Below are positions 19,701-29,400 of a stretch of 64,000 nt of DNA, piece by piece (position 1 is the stretch's first letter; each line of letters opens with the position of its first letter). Source of the DNA: an uncultured bacterium (GTDB taxonomy: Bacteria; Oederibacteriota; Oederibacteriia; Oederibacteriales; Oederibacteriaceae). The position numbers and the translations under genes were made by a program. The stretch is taken from NCBI GenBank assembly GCA_965112635.1, contig OZ218778.1, forward strand, positions 192,001 to 256,000. The letters are read 5' to 3'. Below the pieces are notes generated by a model. The model saw nothing but the letters and a program-made list of their open reading frames with translations. It ran no database searches and was not told the DNA's origin.

Positions 19701-20558
19701 ACCACCAGTTACACCGGCACCACGACCTATACCGCCACGGTCACGGCATCGCCTAGCAGCACCAGCACCAGGACTTTCACCGGCACAGTCACAGTGACCC
19801 CTTCTCTGACCTTGACCCCTAGTTCTACAAATACCATCACCCAGACCCCGACTTCCAGCACAACCGCAACGGTCACTCAGACCAGTACGCAGACCCTCTC
19901 GCCCAGCCAGACTTTTACAGCTTCAGCCACTCCCACTCGGACTGATACGGCAACCCAAACCATGACTTCTTCTCAGACCCTGACCTCCAGCCAGACCTAT
20001 ACCATCACCCAGACTTTTACTTCTACCGCGACCCCCAGCCAAACCTATACTTTTACCCAGACCGCCACCTTTACTCAGACCTCGACTCCCAGTCAAACCT
20101 TGACTCCTTCTTACACCTCTACCCCTTCCAACACGGTAACCCCTAGCCTCACCCTGACCTCCAGCATGACTTTCACCAATTCACCCACTTTCACTCCTAC
20201 CGCCAGCGCTCCTCTCTGGATCGCTTCCCATGTCCCCTACCCCAACCCTGTGAGGGATAATAATGGAACAAAGCTCTACATCAAAATGACCGATGTACCT
20301 AACCGCATATCCGTCAGGATTTACACTACCTCGATGCGTTTGATTTGGGATATTTCAGTAGAAAACCCGGCACTACAGATCGAGTATAACAACGAGGTCG
20401 CCTATTTCACCTACACCCTACCCTACAGCTTGACGGACAACCACAACGTGCCTCTGGCTAATGGTTTGTATTACTATTCCATCACGGCCAATAATATGAC
20501 CAGCTCCACCAATAGCCGCCAGGCCAGGGTCATGGGTAAATTGGCTGTTTTGAAGTGA
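16728..20558 (+). CDS. Large secreted protein: alpha/beta-hydrolase-like domain, ConA/LamG-like module, Thr-rich stalk, type-B tail
   Basis: Signal peptide, nucleophile elbow AGVSMGGSG, candidate Asp (GKND) and His (NGH). Tail PTASAPLWIASHVPYPNP...LANGLYYY...GKLAVLK. Confidence 0.78.
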   Translation: MKKVIFASFLLCFSIFLTPITGWSQQVTGLAVHGPYNGQTILTWNEVNPPAIPASTTSVATVDTYVTNLATANPSYTYNIYHSASQINAVASLTPVATGVRQLTGWNDDNSLPNQAGVPLRFVVDEGGTGNLVPQTPVANGTGVYAYNPATAGPGYYAITVSVNGVENTTITLGQNSLTNPVTETVGRGDPILQCTATEINNPNNFIAQDTTYYYVRWEYPDNCSLFSTPMNYALRVPLGTTFPAPLGINLHCWGANLDNPCYFPPNAGAAGSTPPHLSMLVSSDECPYDWWTGYYDKAWTGMNGGGGETFLPGGSSSWATSGVVKDYSEQRMVSIYDWIAANWDNGSKVDLTRGFIAGVSMGGSGTAMLMIRYPGRFAWCYSSVGVHIPLLSPVFEGSYAGVYGDPTWNVLYQSLTIVPTIRAFDYFDDTQYLASHPTLQTGYMCVANGKNDSGIGWNQAWQYVKAMQAAKMPFIFYWTQNGHQTRACGPYPSAGNNMAIDVQNNQSIPAFENCSIDDAIGDGVEDGTGAGLNGGTHGYATGAINGYLYWNPATIVDTAGSWQMDIGLVSAAHGLTWAASCTVDITPRRLQSFAVSPGQCFNWTNTDLNTSTVIQSGSATADTNGFITLPAVLIKNQLQWQNRINIVPSGTCATKTNTPTETNTPTAGPSQTSTATPTITLTATQTATASITGTPTPTYTAGPSQTGTATGTSTYTATATSACVQFQVACKSSEVPSGNTNGQPVNPAVGPHGTVKISGAGSITFDPFEPGGSPTDGFFCGVGGVTNQSGYWNWSGAQIGTIFSPTGGDVIFYWKSYASMAQRNTDNKTGWSFGVTDDGTRTLWRIEVSPAGGAYNTITWQANSPSSGQYFDTTYTVNAGEIAKFRLSWTATTQSLYINDILIQSGATTAYTPSWGASSQFNIGASAGDNGFSGWKASKDTIADLQVNATCAGNTNTPTVTATLTGTASPTASPTLTYTTGPSQTATNTMTTSYTGTTTYTATVTASPSSTSTRTFTGTVTVTPSLTLTPSSTNTITQTPTSSTTATVTQTSTQTLSPSQTFTASATPTRTDTATQTMTSSQTLTSSQTYTITQTFTSTATPSQTYTFTQTATFTQTSTPSQTLTPSYTSTPSNTVTPSLTLTSSMTFTNSPTFTPTASAPLWIASHVPYPNPVRDNNGTKLYIKMTDVPNRISVRIYTTSMRLIWDISVENPALQIEYNNEVAYFTYTLPYSLTDNHNVPLANGLYYYSITANNMTSSTNSRQARVMGKLAVLK

Positions 20559-20587
20559 TGAACTTTAAACTCAACTAGACAAACCGT

Positions 20588-20771
20588 ACAACACCTGGTG
20601 ACAAAGTCGCGGCCAAGCAAAAATTGGCCAGAGAGCCGAACAGGGGGTTATAAAACAAAATAAAGAACCAGCGATAAAGCCGTCCTGAGGTGTAAACCCG
20701 GGTGGGAGAGCTAACCGTCCTACAGAAAGCTTTGGGGATACAGGGGCATACCGAAAGGTTCTTTTTTTGTT
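20588..20771 (+). ncRNA. Candidate structured cis-regulatory leader RNA, copy 1 (riboswitch-like)
   Basis: Near-identical to 23294-23480 with pairing-preserving changes. Ends in GGTTC followed by T7, just before the ATG at 20780. Confidence 0.65.
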
Positions 20772-20779
20772 GAAGAAAT

Positions 20780-23163
20780 ATGATAAAAAGTAAAAACAGA
20801 ATATTAGTACTGGTCCTGGTTAGTTTGTTAGAGTTGGGCCTGAGCAAGCCAAGCCTGGCCAAGGTGCTGCTCCAGCAAAGCGATTTCACTTACTTAGGGT
20901 CGTTCAAATGCCCTGATTCGATCGGGTGCTCCAGCGACTCCTCGTTCAGCTATGGAGGGCTGACCCACCGCTACTTGAATGGAAATCTTCAGTTCTTTCT
21001 TTTGGGTCACACTGGCGCTTGCACGCCTTGTTATGAGGTAAATTATCCGGGCGTGTCCGCCGCCTCCCCCCCACCGCTGCTGTGGTCAGATGCTGGGGAG
21101 ATATCTATCACGGACATAAACTCCTCTACGACCAGAACCAGCCCGGCAATCCCACTCCTTATGATTCATGCTCCAACCCCCAGCCAAGCCAAACCGTCGT
21201 TGTCTATGGGTTGTTTTGGGATCCCACCCTGCAGAGGCTTTATTGGTCTTACGGCAACAACTACAACACCACCTGGCCTAGTGACCCGTGTATGGGCTAC
21301 TCCACGCTTAATGATGCTAACGGCACCTCCCAGGGGTTTGGACCCTGGGCGACCGGAGATACGCAGAAGATGTGCCAGGGGGGATTCACCCGTATTCCCT
21401 CGTGGTTCGCCTCTCAATACACAGGAGGCAAGAGTTTGGGGGTAGGATTCGGGGGTTATTTTTCCGTCTGTTCCAGCGCCAGCCTGGGCCCTTATCTGTG
21501 TGCTGTCGCAGACCCCACCACGGAGCCCCCTGTCACCGTGCCCAATCCAAGCCCGGCTCCCCTGCCCCATCTTGATTTGGTGGGATACCCCCACAACCCC
21601 ACCCCCTACACGCAACCGATGCCCTGCCAACGTGACATTGATTATTCCGGCGGGTTTGACGGCTGGCTTCCGCAGGGAGGAGTTGGATATTGGCAATGGA
21701 CGGATACGCTCTGGCAGAGTGGAATATGGGTGGACACCACCAACAAGACGGGGATGCTCTACTTTCCAACGATGGGTGACGGTTTTGTACATTACTGCAA
21801 TGCCGGCATAAACTCCGAACGCGGTTCACACTACTGTTTTGTCTACGATCCCGCTGACCTGGCCACTGTGGCCCAGGGCGCCAACATGTGGTCCATCCAG
21901 CCGAAGGACACCTGGAAAATGCACTATCCTGATGTGAACTATTCCACCATCAATCTTACGACGACCTGCTTTGCGGGAACAGGGTGTCCGGGCCAGTGCT
22001 GCCCCTCTACTTTTACCACTCCAGCCATACCGGATCCCCAAGGTTTTTTGACGTGTTGGGGTGCCGGTCAAAGCCCGTCCCATGTAGTGGCAGGAGTTGA
22101 TTTTGATTCGGCCACCAACACCCTGTACCTGGAGATTTTGGACGTGGATAAAATCGGATGCTGTTCTTTTCCGCCCCGCATCTATGCCTATCAGGTCTCT
22201 GATACCGTGGGAACACCGACAGCGACAGCCACCCAGACTTATTCTGCCACTTCCACGCAAACACCTGTTCCCAGTCTGACCGCCACGACCACAGCCAGCC
22301 TGACCTATACACGGACCTCCAGCCAGACGCCTTCAGCCAGTCCGACCTTTATGCCCTCTTTGACTTCCACACAAACCCCGTCTCCAAGCCTAACTTACAC
22401 CAGGACCTATTCTTTTACCCAGTCCCCTACCTTTTCCCAGACCTTGACTGCCAGCCAGACCTCTTCTCCAAGTTTAACTTCCACCAGGACCTATACTTTT
22501 ACTCAGTCTCCTACTTTTTCCCAGACCTTGACCTCTAGCCAAACCTCCTCTCCAAGTTTAACCTCCACTGGGTCCTATACTTTTACCCCGTCCCCCACTT
22601 TTTCCCAGACCTTGACTCCGAGCCAAACCTCCACCTCCAGCCTGACCGCCACGAAATCTTATACCTCTACCCAGACAGCCACCCCTACCGTGACCCCGAC
22701 TTCCAGCAACACCTACACCCCCTCCCTCACCACGACCCCTTCTTTTACGATGACCCCGAGCATGACCCTGACCTCCAGCCAAACCTTCACCAGCTCGCCC
22801 ACCTGCTCGCCCACGGCCAGCGAATCCCTTTGGATCGCCAGCCATGCACCCTATCCCAACCCCCTCCGCCAAGGTAATCAAGTCTCGGTTTATATGCTCA
22901 TGACCGATGTGCCCGATCGGCTGTCCCTCAAGGTCTACACCGTTTCCATGAGGCTCATCCGCTACATCACGATGGGGGATCCCCGGCATTCTCCAGACCC
23001 TTTAATTGTCTATGACGGCAATGTGGCCCGTTATGCCTACACGGTCGGCATCGACCTGGCCAAACCTAACCTTGTGGCAAACGGCCTTTATTACTATTCG
23101 ATCCAGGCAACTAAAGGGGATAGACAGGCTAAGGTTTTTGGGAAGTTTGTGATCATTAAATAA
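20780..23163 (+). CDS. Secreted protein (Cys/Trp-rich, beta-propeller-like N-domain, Thr-rich stalk, type-B tail), frameshifted at a C7 run
   Basis: ORFs 20780..21445 and 21082..23163 join into one protein colinear with paralog 23491..26229 if C7 at 21066-21072 is read as C8 (YPGVSAASPPTAAVVRCWGDIYHG). Confidence 0.78.
22381..22632 (+). repeat. Three tandem 84-bp (28-aa) coding repeats in the Thr/Ser stalk
   Basis: TCTCCAAG units start at 22381, 22465 and 22549. Peptide SPSLTxTxxYxFTxSPTFSQTLTxSQTS. Confidence 0.85.
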
Positions 23164-23196
23164 CCCGCCTTCTTGTGTGCTATAATCCCAAAAATA

Positions 23197-23224
23197 GGAA
23201 CTTTTACTGTTAATAATTGTCTAA
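23197..23224 (+). promoter_or_regulatory. ECF (RpoE-like) sigma promoter
   Basis: GGAACT-N16-GTCTAA, upstream of leader RNA copy 2. Confidence 0.6.
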
Positions 23225-23293
23225 TTTTCAGCCTTTTAGGGAGGTAGAAAAAGTTTTGCCGTAATTATTCGTCTAACGCAGTGAGTATACTGC

Positions 23294-23480
23294 ACAACAC
23301 CTGGTGACAAAGTCGTGGCCAAGTTCCACTTGGCCAGAGAGCCGAACAGGGGGTTATAAGACAAAATTAAGAACAAGCGAAAAGCCGGTCCGTGGTGTAA
23401 ACCCGGGTGGGAGAGCTAACCGTCCTTTCCCTGTCAGGGGAAAGGATACAGGAGCATACCGAAAGGTTCTTTTTTTGTTT
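23294..23480 (+). ncRNA. Candidate structured cis-regulatory leader RNA, copy 2
   Basis: Homologous to 20588-20771. Variable hairpins GGCCAAG-TTCCA-CTTGGCC and CCTTTCCCT-GTC-AGGGGAAAGG keep pairing. Confidence 0.65.
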
Positions 23481-23490
23481 TTAGAACAAC

Positions 23491-26229
23491 ATGAGCAAGC
23501 AAAGAGTCAATTCGGTCCTGCTCCTCCTAGGCCTGATGGTATTTAGTTTAACCTGCCCATCCCTGGCCAAAGTCATGTACCAGCCCGGAGATTTCACCTA
23601 CCTGGGGTCGTTCAGGATACCAGACTCTCTCGGCTGTACGGACGGATGGCCTTCGTCGTTCAGTTACGGAGGCCTTGCCCACCGCTATGTAAACGGCAAT
23701 CTCCAGTTCTTTCTTTTGGGCCACACCTACGGACCTCCGGATTGCTATGAAATAAATTATCCGGGTGTGTCCCTGGCCGCCCCTCCTATGTCTACCGTTT
23801 TAACCTGCTGGGGAGACATCTACCACGGACATAAGCTCCAGTACAGCGGGCCTGCCGGTAATCCGACCCCAGTGGATACCGTTCCCGGAGGATGCGTTTC
23901 TTACGGCCTGATGTGGGATCCAACCTCGCAAAGGCTTTATTGGTCCTACGGAAATAGTTACAACACGACCTACCAAAACGACCCCAATATGGGCTACTCG
24001 ACCTTCGACGATGTGCACGGCACTTCAGCAGGGTTCGGGCCCTGGGCCACAGGCGACGGGTGTAAGTGCGTCCAGGGAGGTTTTACCCAGATCCCGTCTT
24101 GGTTTGCCACCGCCTACACCGGCGGTAAAACTCTGGGGGTGGGGTTTGGGGGCTATTTTTCCATCGTGGACGTCGGGTCCACTAGCCTGGGCCCGGCGTT
24201 GTGCGCCATCGCGCCTCCCACCGCCGAGCAGCCCGTGACCGGGGCCGATCCCACTCCGCCGCTCCTGCCCTACGTGGACCTGCTCGGTTACCCTTACACC
24301 GGCAATTGCCCGCCGCCCACAGCGGCCTATGACCGCTGCCACCGGGACACCAATTACACCGATGAACTCGACTGCTGGCTGCCCTTTAACGGCACGGGCT
24401 ACTGGACCTGGCTGGACACCCTGTACCAATCCGGGATCTGGTTGGATACGCCCAACAAAAGCGGACTACTCTATTTCACCACTCTGGGGGACGGCGGGAT
24501 GTGCTACGAATGCGCCCTGACCGGCGGTGGGGCTGAACCAGGCTGCGAAAAAGGATCGCATTGGTGGCTTGAATACGACCCTAACGACCTGGCCACGGTT
24601 GCCCAGGGCGCCCACGAATGGTCCGTCCAGCCTAAAATGGCCTGGCAGGTGCAGTATCCTGACGTGCCCTACCCTGGCGGTTATTTAGCCGGATGGGGTG
24701 GAACCGCCCCCTACCAGCCAGCCGGGATCGATTTTGATCCGACCACGAGCACTTTGTATATAGAGGTCTTGGGCGTGGATAGGATAGGTTGTTGTTCCTA
24801 TCCTCCCCGCATCTATGCTTACGCGGTTTCTGATGTGGTGAATCCAACGGCGACGCCGACGCAGACAGCCACTCCGACCCAGACTTTGACGCCCTGGATC
24901 GCTGGTCCAAACTGCAGCACTCCTACCCTGGTGAACCAGGATGTGGGCCTTCCCTACCCGCAGGGAAGCTCCAGTTTGAGCAGCGGCACCTATACGGTCA
25001 ACGGCGGAGGAGAAATGGGGGGCAATCTTGACTCGTTCCAGTTCGATTATATCTATGTGCTGGGGGATGGAACCATGACCGTGCGGGTGGCGAGCCAGCA
25101 GAACACCAACGCCAATGCCATCGCCGGGCTCATGATACGCAACGACCTCTCGCCTAACTCTATGAACATGACCATAGGGCTCCAGCCCGGCGGCACCGGC
25201 GCCACGATGATGTACCGGTCGTCCTATGGAGGAACCGAGGCCGTGGGAGGCAACACGGCGAGCCCGGCGGCCCCGTATTGGGTCAGGCTGGTGAGAAGCG
25301 GCAATAGTTTCAGCGCCTATATATCCCCGGACGGCAACACCTGGACACAGGAAGGTTCCACCGTGACCCTAGGCATCAACACTTACGCCTATTGGGGACT
25401 GGTCGTGAACAGCGCTGTCGTCGCCGGTGTCAATAGTGTGCTGAACACTTCCACCTTTGACAACCTGTGCATCCCCTGGGGACCCTCCACACCGACCTTT
25501 ACGATGACGGCGACGCCAATGTTTACAGCGACCAGCACTTGGACCCCGACCCCCTCCAAAACGGCGACAGCCTCAGCGACTTTCTCGGCCACAGCAAGCT
25601 CTACCCAAACCCCCACCGCTACCCAGACCTTCACGGCCAGCCCGACAGCCACTCGTACGGCTACGGCGACCTATTCTCCGACTCCCAGCCAGACCTTTAC
25701 CTCCACCTTGACGAGCACCAGGACCAATACATCTACCCAGACCGCCACTTTTACCATGACCCTGACCTTCAGCAATACTTTCACGCCTTCCTGCACTATG
25801 ACCCCGTCTTACTCACTGACTCCCAGCCTTACCTTGACCTCCAGCCAGACCTTTACCAGCTCGCCCACCTGTTCACCCACAGCCAGCGAGCCTTTGTGGA
25901 TACCCTACCACGTGGCCTTTCCTAATCCTGACCGCTCTAGCAATCAGGTCACGATCTATATGCTCATGACCGATGTGCCCGACCGGTTGTCCGTGAAGAT
26001 CTATACGGTGGCCATGAGGTTGATCCGCAGCGCGTCCGCGATGGACCTCGATCAATCCTCCGTCCTCCAAGTTGTCTATGATGGCAGCGTCGCCCGCTAT
26101 TCCTATGCGGTCAGCATGGACCTTACCAAACCCGACATCGTGGCAGACGGCCTGTATTATTACTCGATCCAGGCTGATAAAGGCGGCAAGCGGGCCAGGG
26201 TCATTGGAAAACTCGTCATTATGAGGTAA
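23491..26229 (+). CDS. Secreted protein: beta-propeller-like N-domain, ConA-like (DUF1349-type) module, Thr-rich stalk, type-B tail
   Basis: Signal peptide ending SLA. DFTYLGSFRIP...; DSFQF...AGLMIR...APYWVRLVRSGNSFSAYISPDGNTW; tail PTASEPLWI...FPNP...GLYYY. Confidence 0.82.
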   Translation: MSKQRVNSVLLLLGLMVFSLTCPSLAKVMYQPGDFTYLGSFRIPDSLGCTDGWPSSFSYGGLAHRYVNGNLQFFLLGHTYGPPDCYEINYPGVSLAAPPMSTVLTCWGDIYHGHKLQYSGPAGNPTPVDTVPGGCVSYGLMWDPTSQRLYWSYGNSYNTTYQNDPNMGYSTFDDVHGTSAGFGPWATGDGCKCVQGGFTQIPSWFATAYTGGKTLGVGFGGYFSIVDVGSTSLGPALCAIAPPTAEQPVTGADPTPPLLPYVDLLGYPYTGNCPPPTAAYDRCHRDTNYTDELDCWLPFNGTGYWTWLDTLYQSGIWLDTPNKSGLLYFTTLGDGGMCYECALTGGGAEPGCEKGSHWWLEYDPNDLATVAQGAHEWSVQPKMAWQVQYPDVPYPGGYLAGWGGTAPYQPAGIDFDPTTSTLYIEVLGVDRIGCCSYPPRIYAYAVSDVVNPTATPTQTATPTQTLTPWIAGPNCSTPTLVNQDVGLPYPQGSSSLSSGTYTVNGGGEMGGNLDSFQFDYIYVLGDGTMTVRVASQQNTNANAIAGLMIRNDLSPNSMNMTIGLQPGGTGATMMYRSSYGGTEAVGGNTASPAAPYWVRLVRSGNSFSAYISPDGNTWTQEGSTVTLGINTYAYWGLVVNSAVVAGVNSVLNTSTFDNLCIPWGPSTPTFTMTATPMFTATSTWTPTPSKTATASATFSATASSTQTPTATQTFTASPTATRTATATYSPTPSQTFTSTLTSTRTNTSTQTATFTMTLTFSNTFTPSCTMTPSYSLTPSLTLTSSQTFTSSPTCSPTASEPLWIPYHVAFPNPDRSSNQVTIYMLMTDVPDRLSVKIYTVAMRLIRSASAMDLDQSSVLQVVYDGSVARYSYAVSMDLTKPDIVADGLYYYSIQADKGGKRARVIGKLVIMR

Positions 26230-26315
26230 TTTGTTTTTCAAAGTAATAGGCTGTTGAAAAACTCTAAATAACTGCCCTCTCATTATTCCTTTAAGGACAG
26301 CTCCTTATTGTGGTA

Positions 26316-26343
26316 GAAACCTTATGTGACTATAATTGCCCCA
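26316..26343 (+). promoter_or_regulatory. Degenerate copy of the shared promoter
   Basis: GAAACC-ttatgtgactataatt-GCCCCA. The spacer is nearly identical to those at 30895 and 33287 and contains TATAAT. Confidence 0.4.
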
Positions 26344-26407
26344 TTAGTAGTTTCCCCTGCTACTGTTTCTCTTTGCAGTGCTGGTATTACAAAAGAGACG
26401 GCAAAGC

Positions 26408-29400
26408 ATGAAAACAAAATATTTTACATACAGCAGCCTGATCGTCTATTTATTCCTTCTTCTGATGTTCCCTACCCCGTTACAGCCAGCAGTATGCAGC
26501 AATAATCCCGGCAAGGACGGCTCGGGAAACATTGGGGGAGTGGTCAACACCTACTACCCTGCCACGGCCTCAGTGGGCGCCGGAGCCGGAGCCATCCCCG
26601 TGGGTCCTATTAATGCCTGGGGCAGTCAGACCCCCATTTCAGCCGGAGACCTGCTCTTGGTCATCCAGATGCAGGATGCCACCATAGACTATACCGATAC
26701 GGATTCCTACGGGGACGGCACAGCTGGAGCTCCGGCCTCAGGTCAAACCGGCGTGGGCAACACCGGTACATTCGAATACGTGCTGGCCTCAGGTCCGGTA
26801 GCCGGCGGCGTTGTTCCCCTGAGTACTCCCCTGCAGAATGCCTACCACGAGGCTGCGGCCACAGCCACGCTGGGACAAAAGACCTATCAAGTGGTGAGGG
26901 TGCCCCAATACGCCAATCCTTCGTTGACCTCAAACTTGACCGCGGCCTACTGGAACGGCAGCAGCGGCGGTGTCCTGGCCTTTGACGTCTGCGGCACCAT
27001 GAACCTGAACAATGCCACGGTCAGTGTGGACGGTACTGGTTTCCGCGGAGGTGGCGGCTTTTTAGGCACAGGCGGAGGTGACGTTGCTGGTTATGTGACG
27101 GTGGTCGACCCCACGGGCGCAGATACCAGCGCCGAGAAAGGCGAGGGCATCGCGGGAACACCTCGGTTGGTCGCCAATGCCTATGGAGGGACCATTATTG
27201 ACACCGGAGTGGAGGGATACCCTGGAGGGAGTGCGCGCAGGGGAGCGCCCGCTAACGCGGGCGGGGGCGGCAACCAATGGCAGTCGGGAGGAGGAGGAGG
27301 CTCCAACGCTGGTGCAGGCGGCACTGGTGGAGATACCATTTCTTTCATCGACGATCCGTACGGAGGTTATGGGGGAGCGGTCTTTCCCTCTTCCAGCACC
27401 AGCCTGATCATGGGAGGCGGAGGCGGAGCTGGAGCCAGTAATAACGGCGGGAATGAAGTGAATTTCTGCAGCGGAGGAGCCGGAGGCGGGATCGTGATGA
27501 TCCGCACGGGTTCGGTTGCCGGAACAGGCACGATCTCGGCTAATGGAACTAAGGGAGTGGATGGGGGTGCCTGGGATGAAAACAACGCAGGAAACAATAA
27601 TGAATCCGCCTCAGGAGGAAGCGGCGGTGGAGGAAGCGTCCTGATCAGCTCCGCGGGAGCCCTGGGTGGATTGACCTGTGAACGCCAACGGAGGAGCTGG
27701 TGGGGACAATCTGCCCCGGTCCAATCCTCCTAATTACCTCCACGGTCCGGGAGGCGGGGGTGGCGGAGGAGCGGTGTTTCTTTCCGGCGCTCCAGCTGCA
27801 GCCACGGTTAATGGAGGAGCTCCTGGAACAACAGGTGGGGTAAATTACAATGCCACAACGGGGTCCGCAGGGCAAATAAGCACTTCCCTAGCCTCCAACA
27901 CCTGCTCAGGAGCCTGCGGCCCGGCATCTACCCCGTCGCTTACACCTACCCTGGAACCGGTTGCCTGCACGACCCCGGGCAGTAGCACTGCCACGCTTTC
28001 CGGGGTCATTAATACCTATTATCCGGGGGCCAACGGAACCGTGACTCAGGGATCTATGGCTATCCCGGTGGGAGCCATGCGGGCCGGCGGCGGGCCCGCC
28101 ATTGCGGCCGGAGACCTGCTCTTGGTCATCCAAATGCAGGCGGCTACTATAAATTCAAGCAATACGGCCTTTTATGGGGATGGGACAGGCAACGCCTCGG
28201 GGTCCACCAGCCTGCAAAACGCCGGAGTTTTTGAATACGCGGTGACCACAGGGCCGGTTGTGGGTGGTGTCGTTTCACTCATGGGTCCTTTGATGAACTC
28301 CTATACCAACGCGGCAGCCACCGGCGTGCAAGGCCAGGAGACCTATCAGGTGGTGAGGGTTCCGCAGTATTTTAACGCCACCTTGACCGGAGGTTTGACT
28401 GCTCTGCCCTGGGACGGTTCCAGCGGAGGCATCCTGGACTTTAATGTCTCGGGCACACTGAATTTGAACGGAGCCACGGTAAACATAGATGCTATGGGTT
28501 TCCGCGGTGGCGGCGGCAGGCAGCTCGGGGGCGGGGCAGGTGGATTGCTGACGGACTTTGTGAACCTTTCCACCAATAATTTCTATGGTCAAAAAGGAGA
28601 AGGCATCGCGGGCACTCCTAGGTTTGTATATGATTCCGTGACCATGGCTGAGGTGGATACTGGAGTGGAAGGATACCCCAATGGCAGTACTTGCCGGGGA
28701 GCACCGGGTAATGGCGGCGGGGGTGGCAGTGATGACTATCCGATTGGCAACCTGGACAACGCTGGTGGCGGTGGAGGAGGCAATGGCGGCACAGGAGGCA
28801 AGGGAGGAAATACCTGGAATCAGGATTTACCTATAGGAGGATACGGAGGAGTGGCGTTCCCAGCCTCAGCCAACAGACTTATCCTGGGAGGAGGCGGAGG
28901 AGCCGGAGATGATAATAATAGTGGAAATCCTAGCAGCAGCGGTGGATCAGGAGGAGGATTAGTCATCATCAAGGCCTGCACCTGTATCAGTACCGGGACC
29001 ATTACAGCCAATGGCGGATTTGGGGTAACCCCAGGCCTTGACGCAGGCGGTGGCGGTGGTGCGGGAGGAAGCGTGGTGTTCTTGACAGGAGGAGGAATAG
29101 GCGGACTGACCTTGCACGCCGACGGCGCCAATGGAACAGATGCTTCTTTGTCTTGGGCGAATCCTCCACCCTGGCATGGGCCCGGAGGTGGAGGTGGTGG
29201 CGGTGTAATATTTGTTTCCGGCGCCCCGGCTGCAGCTACGGCCAATGGAGGTATGAACGGATCAACAGGTATTCCATTATCTCTTTATAGTTCTAAACCG
29301 GGGAATAACGGCATTATTTCCACTACTCTTCCCTATCCTGAGCAAGGATGTATTTGCGGTATTTCTCCAACATTCACATCCACTGCTACCATCACGTCAA

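Noticed and set aside
20588-20771. T-box, ydaO/c-di-AMP or c-di-GMP-II assignment
   Set aside because: Only short matches such as AGCTAACC. The T-box motif, the ydaO GGGGGA/GGGGTGAAT blocks and the class II GGGCAC/GTG pseudoknot are missing.
20575-20889. ORFs overlapping the leader element (20575-20889 minus, 23304-23546 plus)
   Set aside because: The reading frames are not conserved between the two copies, so the conservation fits RNA structure rather than protein.
22381-22632. CRISPR-like periodic repeats
   Set aside because: In-frame coding repeats with no unique spacers and no cas genes.
28820-29245. Pro-rich antisense ORFs (also 27367-27597, 34965-35240)
   Set aside because: They are shadows of Gly-codon runs.
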